From positions 1-15,280 of the forward strand of contig JAVHOV010000008.1 in NCBI GenBank assembly GCA_036170245.1: DNA of 15,280 nucleotides. The letters run 5' to 3'. Position numbers and translations under genes: made by a program. Source of the DNA: an archaeon. GTDB lineage: Archaea; Iainarchaeota; Iainarchaeia; Iainarchaeales; JAAZKV01. This document shows positions 1 through 8,053 of the stretch, one piece after another; within the stretch, counting starts at the first letter, position 1, and each line of letters begins with the position of its first letter. The notes beneath the pieces are model-generated. The model made no database searches. It was not told the DNA's origin and saw only the letters and a list, made by a program, of their open reading frames with translations.

Positions 1-97
1 AACCAATTCATCTGACATTTGAAAATGTCAGTTTTTTTGGCACGAGGTTATAAAATTCTCAAGCTTATTATTTTTTTAAATATGTTTATTAATTTGA

Positions 98-982
98 ATG
101 CACAAATATTTGATTATGCAAAATATATTTTCAATTTTATTTCTTATTCTATTATGTTCAATTTCTTTTGCAGCGATTCCAAATTATTTAGATTTGTATG
201 TAAATGATTTTGCCCAAATATTTACTCCTGCACAAAATGATGAATTAACTTCATTACTTTCTGCTCTTACCAAAGATACAACTGCAGAAGTTGTTGTTGT
301 TACTGTAAATTCCCTTGAAGGGCAAGCTCCGATTGATTATGCTACTGAAATTGGCCAGACTTGGGGTGTTGGGAAGAAGGATACTGATAATGGGCTTGTA
401 ATATTGTATGCGAAAACTGAAAACAAAATTGCTGTTGCTGTCGGGTATGGGCTTGAAGGAATTTTGCCTGATTCAAAGGTTGGGAGAATTCTTGATGAAC
501 AATATGTTCCATTAAGGGATCAAGGAAATGTTTCAGGAGGAATAATTAATGCTACAAAAGCATACGTTGCAGAACTTTATGCAAACAAAGCAGAAATAGG
601 TTCAAGTGCTGCACAAAATCCTGACGACGCTTTTCTATGGGTGTTTTTTGGAATATTCTTTTTTGTAGTTATGGCCTTTTTCATGATAACTATAATTTAT
701 TCTTTTGGAAAAGGAATAAAAAAGTCCAAAAGTCCAAAAAAAATAATTGTTGGTACAATTATTGGTGCAGTTTTAGTTTTAGTTTCGTTTTTCTTTACAA
801 GCCCGGCTGGGAGTATTTTATTTGTAGTTGGAATTTTCTTAATTATTGGAATTAACAGCAGTGGATTTAAGGGAGGTAGAGGAGGTTCTGGTTGGAGCGG
901 AGGATATAGCGGAGGAGGATTTTCTGGTGGAGGAGGTTCTTTTGGCGGCGGAGGATTTGGTGGCGGGGGCGCAAGCAGATAA
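98..982 (+). CDS. TPM (TLP18.3/Psb32/MOLO-1, YgcG-like) domain membrane protein with signal peptide, C-terminal TM helices and Gly-rich tail
   Basis: Signal-like ILFLILLCSISFA; TPM motifs YVNDFAQIF, EVVVVTVNSL, WGVGKKDTDNGLVIL, VGYGLEGILPD; about 3 hydrophobic helices; tail GGGSFGGGGFGGGGASR typical of the family; next to lemA as commonly seen. The start may be ATG 116 rather than 98. Confidence 0.92.
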   Translation: MHKYLIMQNIFSILFLILLCSISFAAIPNYLDLYVNDFAQIFTPAQNDELTSLLSALTKDTTAEVVVVTVNSLEGQAPIDYATEIGQTWGVGKKDTDNGLVILYAKTENKIAVAVGYGLEGILPDSKVGRILDEQYVPLRDQGNVSGGIINATKAYVAELYANKAEIGSSAAQNPDDAFLWVFFGIFFFVVMAFFMITIIYSFGKGIKKSKSPKKIIVGTIIGAVLVLVSFFFTSPAGSILFVVGIFLIIGINSSGFKGGRGGSGWSGGYSGGGFSGGGGSFGGGGFGGGGASR

Positions 983-1041
983 ACAGTTTACTTTTTAAGA
1001 AGTTCAAAATGAAAAATGAATTATTATTTTTATAGGGGGAA

Positions 1042-1641
1042 TTGAAAATGGATTTGAAGTTAATTGGACTAGGAATAGTCGGAATCGTAATAGTTCTGAT
1101 TTTATTCATAGTTGTAATGGTAGTTGGATCATACAATGGAATGGTTACTCTTGACCAAAAAGTTAGTGCTTCATGGAGCGAAGTGGAGAATCAATATCAA
1201 AGACAAGCAGATTTGATTCCAAATTTAACATCAATAGTTTCAAGTGCAGTAAGCGTTGAAACAAAATTTGTTAAAGATGTAACTGATGCAAGAACTAAGT
1301 GGCTCAACGCAAAAAGTGTTGCAGAAAAAGATCAAGCAGGACTTGAAATGAATCAGAGTCTTGCAACTTTTGTTAGTGCAATTGCAACAAACGAAGCTTA
1401 TCCAACTCTACAAGCAAATAAGCAATACACTGCACTGATGGATGAAGTGGCTGGAACTCAAAACAGAATCACTACTTCAAGAGGAAGATATATTGAAAGT
1501 GTTCAAGCATATAACACTACAATTAAAGTAATTCCAAACAATTTCTTTGCTAGTATGTTTGGATTCAGTGAGAAAGATTACTACAAGGCAACTGTTGCAT
1601 TAACAACACCAGCTCTTGGAGATGGAACTTTACCTCAGTAA
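1042..1641 (+). CDS. lemA: LemA family protein
   Basis: N-terminal TM helix, then SYNGMV, WSEVENQYQRQADLIPNL, EAYPTLQAN, GTQNRI, YNTTIKVIPNNFFASMFGF (LemA signatures). GGGGGA RBS at 1035-1040; start is TTG 1042 or ATG 1048. Confidence 0.95.
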   Translation: MKMDLKLIGLGIVGIVIVLILFIVVMVVGSYNGMVTLDQKVSASWSEVENQYQRQADLIPNLTSIVSSAVSVETKFVKDVTDARTKWLNAKSVAEKDQAGLEMNQSLATFVSAIATNEAYPTLQANKQYTALMDEVAGTQNRITTSRGRYIESVQAYNTTIKVIPNNFFASMFGFSEKDYYKATVALTTPALGDGTLPQ

Positions 1642-1653
1642 AAATAATTAAAT

Positions 1654-1692
1654 AGTTAGAGCGGAAAAATTCGCTCTAACTTTCTTTTTTTT
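1654..1692 (+). terminator. Hairpin plus T-tract downstream of lemA
   Basis: AGTTAGAGCG (1654-1663) pairs with CGCTCTAACT (1672-1681), followed by TTCTTTTTTTT. Confidence 0.7.
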
Positions 1693-1753
1693 AGATTTTA
1701 TTTTTCAATTAATAAGTCTTAAATATAAGTCAGAGGGATATCTTCTAGCAAAA

Positions 1754-2584
1754 GTGAGCAAAATGAATAAACCAATTTTCAGAAAATCATCTCAAACAAA
1801 TTACAGCGCACTTGCAAGAGGGGCACTTCACGCACAAGGGATTAGGGAAGCTTTGACTGCTGAAAGGAAAACTCTTCTAAAAGAACACGGTCACTTAATT
1901 GATGCCAAGGCTGCACGAAAAGTTCCAACTACAAAAAGAGCTGCTGAAATGAAGTTATTGCAGTTAAGAGCAAAGCAAAATGTTCTCCAAAAAGAATCAA
2001 CTGTAGGTGGGCTGAAAAAAGGAGTGACTGCGATAGAATATTTTGAACTTGTTTCAGATGAATTAAGATCTTCAAAGAGTATATTTGAAGCTGCAAGAAA
2101 GCTTGATAGATTCTCACATAATTTACAGTTAAAACACATGGAAATTTTAAAGAGTCTTGCTCAAAAAGATTCAAGAATAAAACACGCCACCCAAAATCTT
2201 CTTGAATACTTACTAATTCCTTCAGATCCGCGTACTCTTGATGCTTTTAGAAATGGACAGATTCCGTCTGAAATAAGAAAAACTGTCGGGAAAATAGAAA
2301 AAATGCAAGGAAGAGAAGTTCATACTTACATAAATGAGCAAGGAGTAAGGTCAAGATTTGTATTTACTATTGATGCGTTAAAACAGGTTCTTGGCACTAG
2401 AAGAAAATTAATTGCTGAAGCAAAGACTGCTATTAGTGAAATTTTTGCTAGTGAAAATAAGTCTGTATCTTCTGAACTAAAAGCAATTGAAGATGAAAGA
2501 AAAATGATAAAACAAAATACAGAAGGGACAATCACTCCTGAAAAAATCGCCAATATGTATTCGTTTTATAAGGAAAGAAAATAA
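1754..2584 (+). CDS. Hypothetical basic, predicted all-helical protein
   Basis: 276-aa ORF filling the intergenic space with genome-like codon usage; TATA-like AAGTCTTAAATA at 1714-1725; K/R/E/A/L-rich; no motif I recognise. Start is GTG 1754 or ATG 1763. Confidence 0.7.
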   Translation: MSKMNKPIFRKSSQTNYSALARGALHAQGIREALTAERKTLLKEHGHLIDAKAARKVPTTKRAAEMKLLQLRAKQNVLQKESTVGGLKKGVTAIEYFELVSDELRSSKSIFEAARKLDRFSHNLQLKHMEILKSLAQKDSRIKHATQNLLEYLLIPSDPRTLDAFRNGQIPSEIRKTVGKIEKMQGREVHTYINEQGVRSRFVFTIDALKQVLGTRRKLIAEAKTAISEIFASENKSVSSELKAIEDERKMIKQNTEGTITPEKIANMYSFYKERK

Positions 2585-2683
2585 TTTTTCGGTTTATTAA
2601 ACTAATGAATGCGGTTTTTGCCTAAGCATAAACAAACCCTTTTTATTAAGTTCTTGCATGTTATAATATAGATTAAGTATGGA

Positions 2684-4801
2684 GTGGGTAGAATGAAAAG
2701 TTTTGAGAAAAATAAACCAGTTAATTTTAGCACTATTGCTATTTGTGTTTTATTGTTATTTATGGTTGTTGGGGGGCTTCTTTTGTATTTTGCTCCAAAG
2801 ATAAATGAACCCACTTTTAATGCTCAAAATTTAGAAAAGTTTTCAAGTTATTCTGATTTAGTTGCTTATTTTGAAAAAGCAAATACTTCAGGTTATTACA
2901 ATGGTTATTTAACTAGAGAAATGATGGATAATGTTGCTCTTCCAACTATGGCAACTGGAGAAGTTCAAAAGAGTGCTTCTGATTCAGGGGCTAGCGCAAC
3001 TGATTTTTCTTCTACAAATATTCAGGTAGAAGGAGTGGATGAAGCGGATATAATAAAAAATGACGGAAAATATATTTATGCAATTGCAGGTGGAAAATTA
3101 TTTATCATAAATGCATTTCCTGCTAGTGACGCAAATATAATTGCAACAATTGATGTTAATGATGTCACTCCTAATGAAATGTTTATTTCAAGCGACAGCA
3201 AAGAACTTTTATTGTTTTCAAATAAAGGATACTCTTACGGCGGGGGATATTATTCAAAAATGATGATACGCACAGGGTATTATCCGTCTTATGGGGGCAG
3301 CGGAACAAATGTTCAATTATTTGATATCTCTGACAAAGAAAATCCTATAATGGTAAAAGAAATTGAATTTGAAGGAAGTTACTTGACATCAAGATTAGTT
3401 GGGGACAATGCTTACTTTGTAATTAACTCTAATCCTAGAGTATATTATACAGAAGCAAGAAATTCAAACGGAACTGATGAGAATAGCATGATTCCATTGA
3501 TGAAAATTGATGGAGCTGAAGAACAAATCGCTTCTCCAACAGAGATAGGGATAATGCCAAGAGTTCGACCACAAAGCTTTGTAACAATTGCTTCAATAAA
3601 TTTGAAGTCTGAAGAGTTAACTAAAGAAACAGCAGTTGGATCTTCACAAAATCTTTTTGCTTCAACAAGCAATATTTATTTAGCTGATAATATTTGGGAA
3701 TATACTCAAGATACTAATTCAATTGTTCCTCTTGAAGTAGGGCTGATTGTAAAAAGCATATATTATCCTAATTGGAATACAACTCAAAAAACAGTAATTA
3801 ACAAATTCCATTTTGATGATGGGAAAATTTCTTTTGTTGGAGCAGGAATAGTTCCAGGAAATATATTAAACCAATTCAGCATGGATGAATACAAAGATAA
3901 TTTCAGAATAGCAACAACTGTTGAGAATAATTCTTATGAAGCAGTGAATATGACAAATGGTGCGACGGTTACTTCTAACAGGTCAACAAACAATGTTTAT
4001 GTCCTAAATAGCGACATGAATTTGGTTGGGTCCTTAGAAGGAATTGCTCCTGATGAAAAAATTTATTCAGTAAGATTCATGGGGGACAAGGGGTATATGG
4101 TTACCTTCAAATATGTTGATCCTCTGTTTGTAATGGATTTATCGGATGCAACTAATCCTAGAATTCTTGGAAAATTAAAAATTCCAGGATACTCTGATTA
4201 TATGCAGCCAATTGATGAAACACATATTTTAGGAATAGGGAAAGATGCTAATGAATTAGAAGATGCAGAAAAAGTTCATTCACAAGGCGCAATTTATTAC
4301 ACTGCAATTAAAGGAATAAAAGTTGCAATCTTTGATGTGAGTGATGTAGAGCACCCTGTAGAAATGTCAAAGCTCATTATTGGAGACAGAGGAACTGATT
4401 CAGAAGCACTACAAAATCACAAAGCAATTTTGTTTGACAAAGCAAAAGAATTGTTAGTGTTCCCTGTAACTATAGTTGACAATAAAACTGGAAGTCCGGA
4501 TTATTATGGAATGGAGCAATCTTTCCAGGGCGCAGTAGTGCTTAATGTATCACTAACAGATGGATTAAGTGAAAGAGGAAAAATAACTCACGTTTCAGCG
4601 GATGAAGAATTGAAGAAAGGATATTACTATGATTCAACTTCAATAATAAGAAGATCACTATTCATGGATGATGTGTTATATACATTCTCTGACAAAATGC
4701 TAAAAGCAGATAACTTAAGTGACTTAACTCCAATAAGCGAAGTTAAGTTTCCTATAAATACAAATACAAATGGATATAACTATCCAATGATAGTGGATTA
4801 G
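2684..4801 (+). CDS. Membrane-anchored/secreted beta-propeller domain protein (Beta_propel, PF09826-like)
   Basis: N-terminal TM segment; family motifs FSSTNIQVEGVDEADIIKNDGKYIY, LNQFSMDEY...FRIATT, EKIYSVRFMGDKGYMVTFKYVDPLFVMDLS, LGKLKIPGYSDY, SEALQNHKAILF. ATG 2693 after GGAG is a plausible start. Confidence 0.92.
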   Translation: MGRMKSFEKNKPVNFSTIAICVLLLFMVVGGLLLYFAPKINEPTFNAQNLEKFSSYSDLVAYFEKANTSGYYNGYLTREMMDNVALPTMATGEVQKSASDSGASATDFSSTNIQVEGVDEADIIKNDGKYIYAIAGGKLFIINAFPASDANIIATIDVNDVTPNEMFISSDSKELLLFSNKGYSYGGGYYSKMMIRTGYYPSYGGSGTNVQLFDISDKENPIMVKEIEFEGSYLTSRLVGDNAYFVINSNPRVYYTEARNSNGTDENSMIPLMKIDGAEEQIASPTEIGIMPRVRPQSFVTIASINLKSEELTKETAVGSSQNLFASTSNIYLADNIWEYTQDTNSIVPLEVGLIVKSIYYPNWNTTQKTVINKFHFDDGKISFVGAGIVPGNILNQFSMDEYKDNFRIATTVENNSYEAVNMTNGATVTSNRSTNNVYVLNSDMNLVGSLEGIAPDEKIYSVRFMGDKGYMVTFKYVDPLFVMDLSDATNPRILGKLKIPGYSDYMQPIDETHILGIGKDANELEDAEKVHSQGAIYYTAIKGIKVAIFDVSDVEHPVEMSKLIIGDRGTDSEALQNHKAILFDKAKELLVFPVTIVDNKTGSPDYYGMEQSFQGAVVLNVSLTDGLSERGKITHVSADEELKKGYYYDSTSIIRRSLFMDDVLYTFSDKMLKADNLSDLTPISEVKFPINTNTNGYNYPMIVD

Positions 4802-4821
4802 AAAATTAAATAAAAGAATTT

Positions 4822-4858
4822 ATCTTGAAGGGTAATTCCCTCCAAGATGCTCTTTTTT
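4822..4858 (+). terminator. Hairpin plus T-tract between beta-propeller gene and rbcL
   Basis: ATCTTG-A-AGGG / CCCT-C-CAAGAT (4822-4848; one mismatch, 5-nt loop), followed by GCTCTTTTTT. Confidence 0.6.
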
Positions 4859-4860
4859 AG

Positions 4861-4873
4861 AAACTTTTATTAA
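4861..4873 (+). promoter_or_regulatory. BRE/TATA-like promoter of rbcL
   Basis: AAACTTTTATTAA just after the upstream terminator and about 50 nt before the ATG; GAGG RBS in the leader; the same motif recurs ahead of other genes. Confidence 0.45.
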
Positions 4874-4921
4874 CTATAACTACCTGTTTTCTGCATAGTT
4901 TTTTGTAAGAGGTTTTCTAGA

Positions 4922-6232
4922 ATGGCTGGATACGAAGATTTTGTTGAATTAGGGTACAAACCAAATAATAAAGATGTTTTGGCTTCATTTAAAGTGAAAG
5001 TCCCAGTTTGGGAGACTCCTGAACGCGCATTTGGTGCAGTTGCAAGCGAATCAAGTGTAGGAACTTGGTCGGACATGGATATTTGGGGAAAATATCCTCA
5101 TGTAAGAAAAGTTGCAGGAAAAGTTTACAGCATAGAAAACCATGGAGATTATTTTTGGATAAAAGTTGCTTACCCGCAAGATCATTTTGAAGCAGCAAAT
5201 CCTTCGCAAATTTTGGCTTCAATTGCAGGAAATGTTTTTGGAATGAAAGCAGTTGACTCACTAAGATTACAAGATATTCAATTTACAAAAGATATAGTAA
5301 AAGAGTACAGAGGGCCTCAATTTGGAATAGCTGGTGTAAGAAAAATATTTGGTGCAGAAAAAAGACCAATTATGTTAAGTGTTGCAAAACCAAAAGTAGG
5401 AATGACTACTGAAGAACACGCTGCGGTAGGTTATGATATTTGGACAGGTGGACTTGATTTATTAAAAGATGATGAAAACTTAACTAACCAAAAGTTCAAT
5501 CCCTTCAAAAAGAGAGTTGAAAAAACTCTTAAGATGAGAGAGAAAGCGGAAAAAGTAACTGGTGAAAAAAAATCTTACTTAATTAATGTCAGTGCTCCAA
5601 CAGTGCAAGAAATGATTGAAAGGGCAAAGTATGTAAAAGCACAAGGAGGAGAATATGTAATGCTTGATATTATTACTTCAGGCTGGACTGCAACTAATTC
5701 TCTAAGAGAAGAATGTAATGATTTGGGACTTGCAATACATGCACATAGGGCAATGCACGCATCATTTACTAGGGATGTAAATCATGGATTTTCAATGAAT
5801 TGTGTATCTAAACTTTCTAGATTAATTGGAGTAGATCAGCTTCACATTGGAACAGCATACGGAAAACTAGTAAGTCCTAAAGAAGAAGTGCTTCAATGCC
5901 AAAATGAATTAACTCAAACTAAAACTAAACCAAATGCACTTGAGCATTGCTTTGAACAGGATTGGTCAAAATTAAAGCCAGTATTTCCCGTATCAAGTGG
6001 GGGGCTTCACCCAGGAATAGTTGATAAAATATTTAATCTTTTAGGAACAAACATAATGATTCAGCTTGGCGGAGGAGTGCATGGGCACCCTAAAGGAAGT
6101 CACGCAGGAGCAATTGCAATGAGGGCTGCTGTTGAAGCATACTTGGATAAGATAAGTGTTGAGGAAAAAGCCAAAACTTGTCCTGAGCTAAAAGAAGCGT
6201 TGAAAGTTTGGGGACACTCTCTTCCTAAATAA
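4922..6232 (+). CDS. rbcL: Ribulose-1,5-bisphosphate carboxylase, archaeal form III large subunit
   Basis: ASESSVGTW (E60/T65), IAGNVFGMK (N123), KPK (K175/K177), GGLDLLKDDENL (K201/D203/E204, nt 5465-5476), HAHRAMH (H294/R295), QLHIGT..GKL (H327/K334), SSGG (S379-G381), QLGGG (G403/G404), in spinach numbering. 436 aa; no small-subunit gene adjacent. Confidence 0.96.
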   Translation: MAGYEDFVELGYKPNNKDVLASFKVKVPVWETPERAFGAVASESSVGTWSDMDIWGKYPHVRKVAGKVYSIENHGDYFWIKVAYPQDHFEAANPSQILASIAGNVFGMKAVDSLRLQDIQFTKDIVKEYRGPQFGIAGVRKIFGAEKRPIMLSVAKPKVGMTTEEHAAVGYDIWTGGLDLLKDDENLTNQKFNPFKKRVEKTLKMREKAEKVTGEKKSYLINVSAPTVQEMIERAKYVKAQGGEYVMLDIITSGWTATNSLREECNDLGLAIHAHRAMHASFTRDVNHGFSMNCVSKLSRLIGVDQLHIGTAYGKLVSPKEEVLQCQNELTQTKTKPNALEHCFEQDWSKLKPVFPVSSGGLHPGIVDKIFNLLGTNIMIQLGGGVHGHPKGSHAGAIAMRAAVEAYLDKISVEEKAKTCPELKEALKVWGHSLPK

Positions 6233-6372
6233 AATTTAGGTTGCTGATTTTTCCAAAGCTAATACGCATTATTGGTTGTTTTTCTTACGGGAAAAAGTTT
6301 ATTAATCAAAAAGCCGTCTAGAATGTTAAGGAGTTTGCCTTTTATAAAGAAGAATCGGCCAAGGTGATTTTT

Positions 6373-6732
6373 ATGAGTCTAAGTTCATTAACATTTGCAA
6401 GTGCAAACAGCACAAATGCTGCGTCACACACAACTGGAAAAGTAAAAGTAGTAAAAGCAGAAAAGTTCGTTGGGATGGATGCAGTTTGTGTTATATCAAG
6501 ACTAGTTGAAGGGGCTGTAGCAAAAAAGATGAGAGTTCTTGGAAAAAACCAAACTCAAGTACTCAGCGTTGAATCAAAATCTGGTGACGGTTATTGTACA
6601 AAAATTGGGGCACAAGTAGTATTGATGGTTGAAGGAATAAACAAGGATGATTATCCTACAGGCAGTGAAATAATTTTTGAAAAATGCGGCGAAGAAGCTT
6701 GCAAAGCAAAAGGAAGAGTAATTATTGCTTAA
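6373..6732 (+). CDS. Stand-alone EF-Tu/translation-factor domain II-like beta-barrel protein (Pbp11/PF0907-like)
   Basis: Pattern GKVKV..(F)VG..AV.V...VEG.V.K.M.V....V.SVE.......IG.QV.L.VEGI....Y..G..I resembles the domain II barrel of EF-Tu/SelB without a G domain, judged by eye only. AGGTGA RBS at 6362-6367 supports ATG 6373 over GTG 6364. Confidence 0.55.
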   Translation: MSLSSLTFASANSTNAASHTTGKVKVVKAEKFVGMDAVCVISRLVEGAVAKKMRVLGKNQTQVLSVESKSGDGYCTKIGAQVVLMVEGINKDDYPTGSEIIFEKCGEEACKAKGRVIIA

Positions 6733-6792
6733 AATTGGCAATAATTTTTTCTTTTAGTTAAGTTTAATTAACTCAAAAATCATTGATTTGAA

Positions 6793-7335
6793 ATGCAAAC
6801 ACATTGTTTTGAAAATAATTTTTCTTTTGATTTAGTAAATAAGCAAGAAAACAAATTTCTTATTCTTGCTTCATTATTTTTATTCACTCTTCCTCTTCTT
6901 CCACTTAATCAGTTAATTGTGGGGACTATTGTAAATGCAATTCTGATAAAATACTCAATCACATTCAAGTCAAAAAAAGTTTTTCTTCTTTCCATTATCC
7001 CAAGCACGGCAGTTCTTGTGGGAGGGATTTTGTTTTCAAATTTAACATTACAGATTGCACTTATGCTTCCTTTTATCTGGGGGGCTAATTTTATTTTAAT
7101 GATTTTAACAAGAAAATTGTTTATCAAGGAAAAGAAAAATTATTTTTTATCAACTAGTGCTTCTGCAGCTGTAAAAACTATTGTGCTTTTCTTAGTAGCA
7201 TTTGTTTTATTTTATTTAGGTGCGATTCCACTTGTATTTTTGACAATGTTTGGAGTGATGCAATTTATTACTGCTGAAAGTGGTGCAGTAATGGTTTATT
7301 TATTAGGGTTTATTAGAAAAAACTTTTTTATTTAA
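6793..7335 (+). CDS. Integral membrane protein, ECF transporter S-component-like
   Basis: About 6 hydrophobic segments in 180 aa; NQLIVGTIVNAIL, LPFIWGAN, AAVKTIVL and QFITA..G resemble an ECF S-component family. No ECF A/T genes in the window. Confidence 0.55.
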   Translation: MQTHCFENNFSFDLVNKQENKFLILASLFLFTLPLLPLNQLIVGTIVNAILIKYSITFKSKKVFLLSIIPSTAVLVGGILFSNLTLQIALMLPFIWGANFILMILTRKLFIKEKKNYFLSTSASAAVKTIVLFLVAFVLFYLGAIPLVFLTMFGVMQFITAESGAVMVYLLGFIRKNFFI

Positions 7336-7926
7336 TTTTGATTCATACCCCTCAACTTTCTTTTTTATTTTCTCCAATATTTTTTCGCTTGGGCGAATAT
7401 GAGAATTAGCCAAAGCATCTGTTAATTTGCAAGTAGCTCCACCATAATTATGTCCTGGCCAAAGAATGATTTTTTTGCCTAAAGTAAAAAGAAAATCCAG
7501 TGAATTTTTTAATTCTATTTCATTTCCCCCATAAGCAGTTGTTCCAACACCTTTAGCAAAAATAGTATCGCCTGAAAAAAAATTGTTTTCTATTAAATAT
7601 CCTACACTGTCTTTTGTATGCCCTGGTAAGTGAATTAATTTGATTTTTAATCCTGCAAGTTCAATTAATTCAGTTTTGCCTGTTTCACTAGGTTTTGGAA
7701 TTATTACTTTTGTTTTTTTTGAAAAGTGATCAACTAATTCGCAGTGGTCGGGGTGGGAATGAGTAAGAAGAAGCCCTACTATTGTTGAATTGTTTTTCTT
7801 TAGTTCAGTTTCAATTTTACTTAAGTCTCCTGTCGGATCAATCAAAATAGATTCATTATTTTTTCCAATTAACAAGTAAGAAAAGTTATTATCAAAACCC
7901 CCTACTTCAATTTGAACAATTTTCAT
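7303..7926 (-). CDS. Metallo-beta-lactamase fold hydrolase, glyoxalase II-like
   Basis: DNNFSYLL, LIDP, THSHPDH (HxHxDH), PGHT, FSGDTIF, WPGHNYG; all metal ligands present. Confidence 0.92.
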   Translation of the reverse strand: MKIVQIEVGGFDNNFSYLLIGKNNESILIDPTGDLSKIETELKKNNSTIVGLLLTHSHPDHCELVDHFSKKTKVIIPKPSETGKTELIELAGLKIKLIHLPGHTKDSVGYLIENNFFSGDTIFAKGVGTTAYGGNEIELKNSLDFLFTLGKKIILWPGHNYGGATCKLTDALANSHIRPSEKILEKIKKKVEGYESKLNKKVFSNKP

Positions 7927-8053
7927 AAAAAACTACTTAAAAAAAACCTTATTAACTGTTGTAAAGAGGAATTATTTGTGATTTTAATGGCTAAAAAGCA
8001 AGTAAAGAAAAAAAGTGTAAAAAGTGTAAAAAATTCTAAGAAAAGTAAACTAG

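Noticed and set aside
860..975. GGA/GGC-rich repetitive tract
   Set aside because: Encodes the Gly-rich tail that is normal for TPM/YgcG proteins; not an independent repeat.
4922..6232. RuBisCO-like protein (form IV) or Calvin cycle locus
   Set aside because: The full catalytic residue set argues against an RLP; there is no rbcS, prk or other cbb gene here.
7303..7926. Antibiotic-resistance metallo-beta-lactamase
   Set aside because: No signal peptide, and the HxHxDH/GD/PGH pattern is of the cytoplasmic glyoxalase II-like type.
8011..8030. AAAAGTGTA 9-bp tandem duplication
   Set aside because: Only two copies; explained by the KSVKSV codons of the Lys-rich peptide upstream of pspC.
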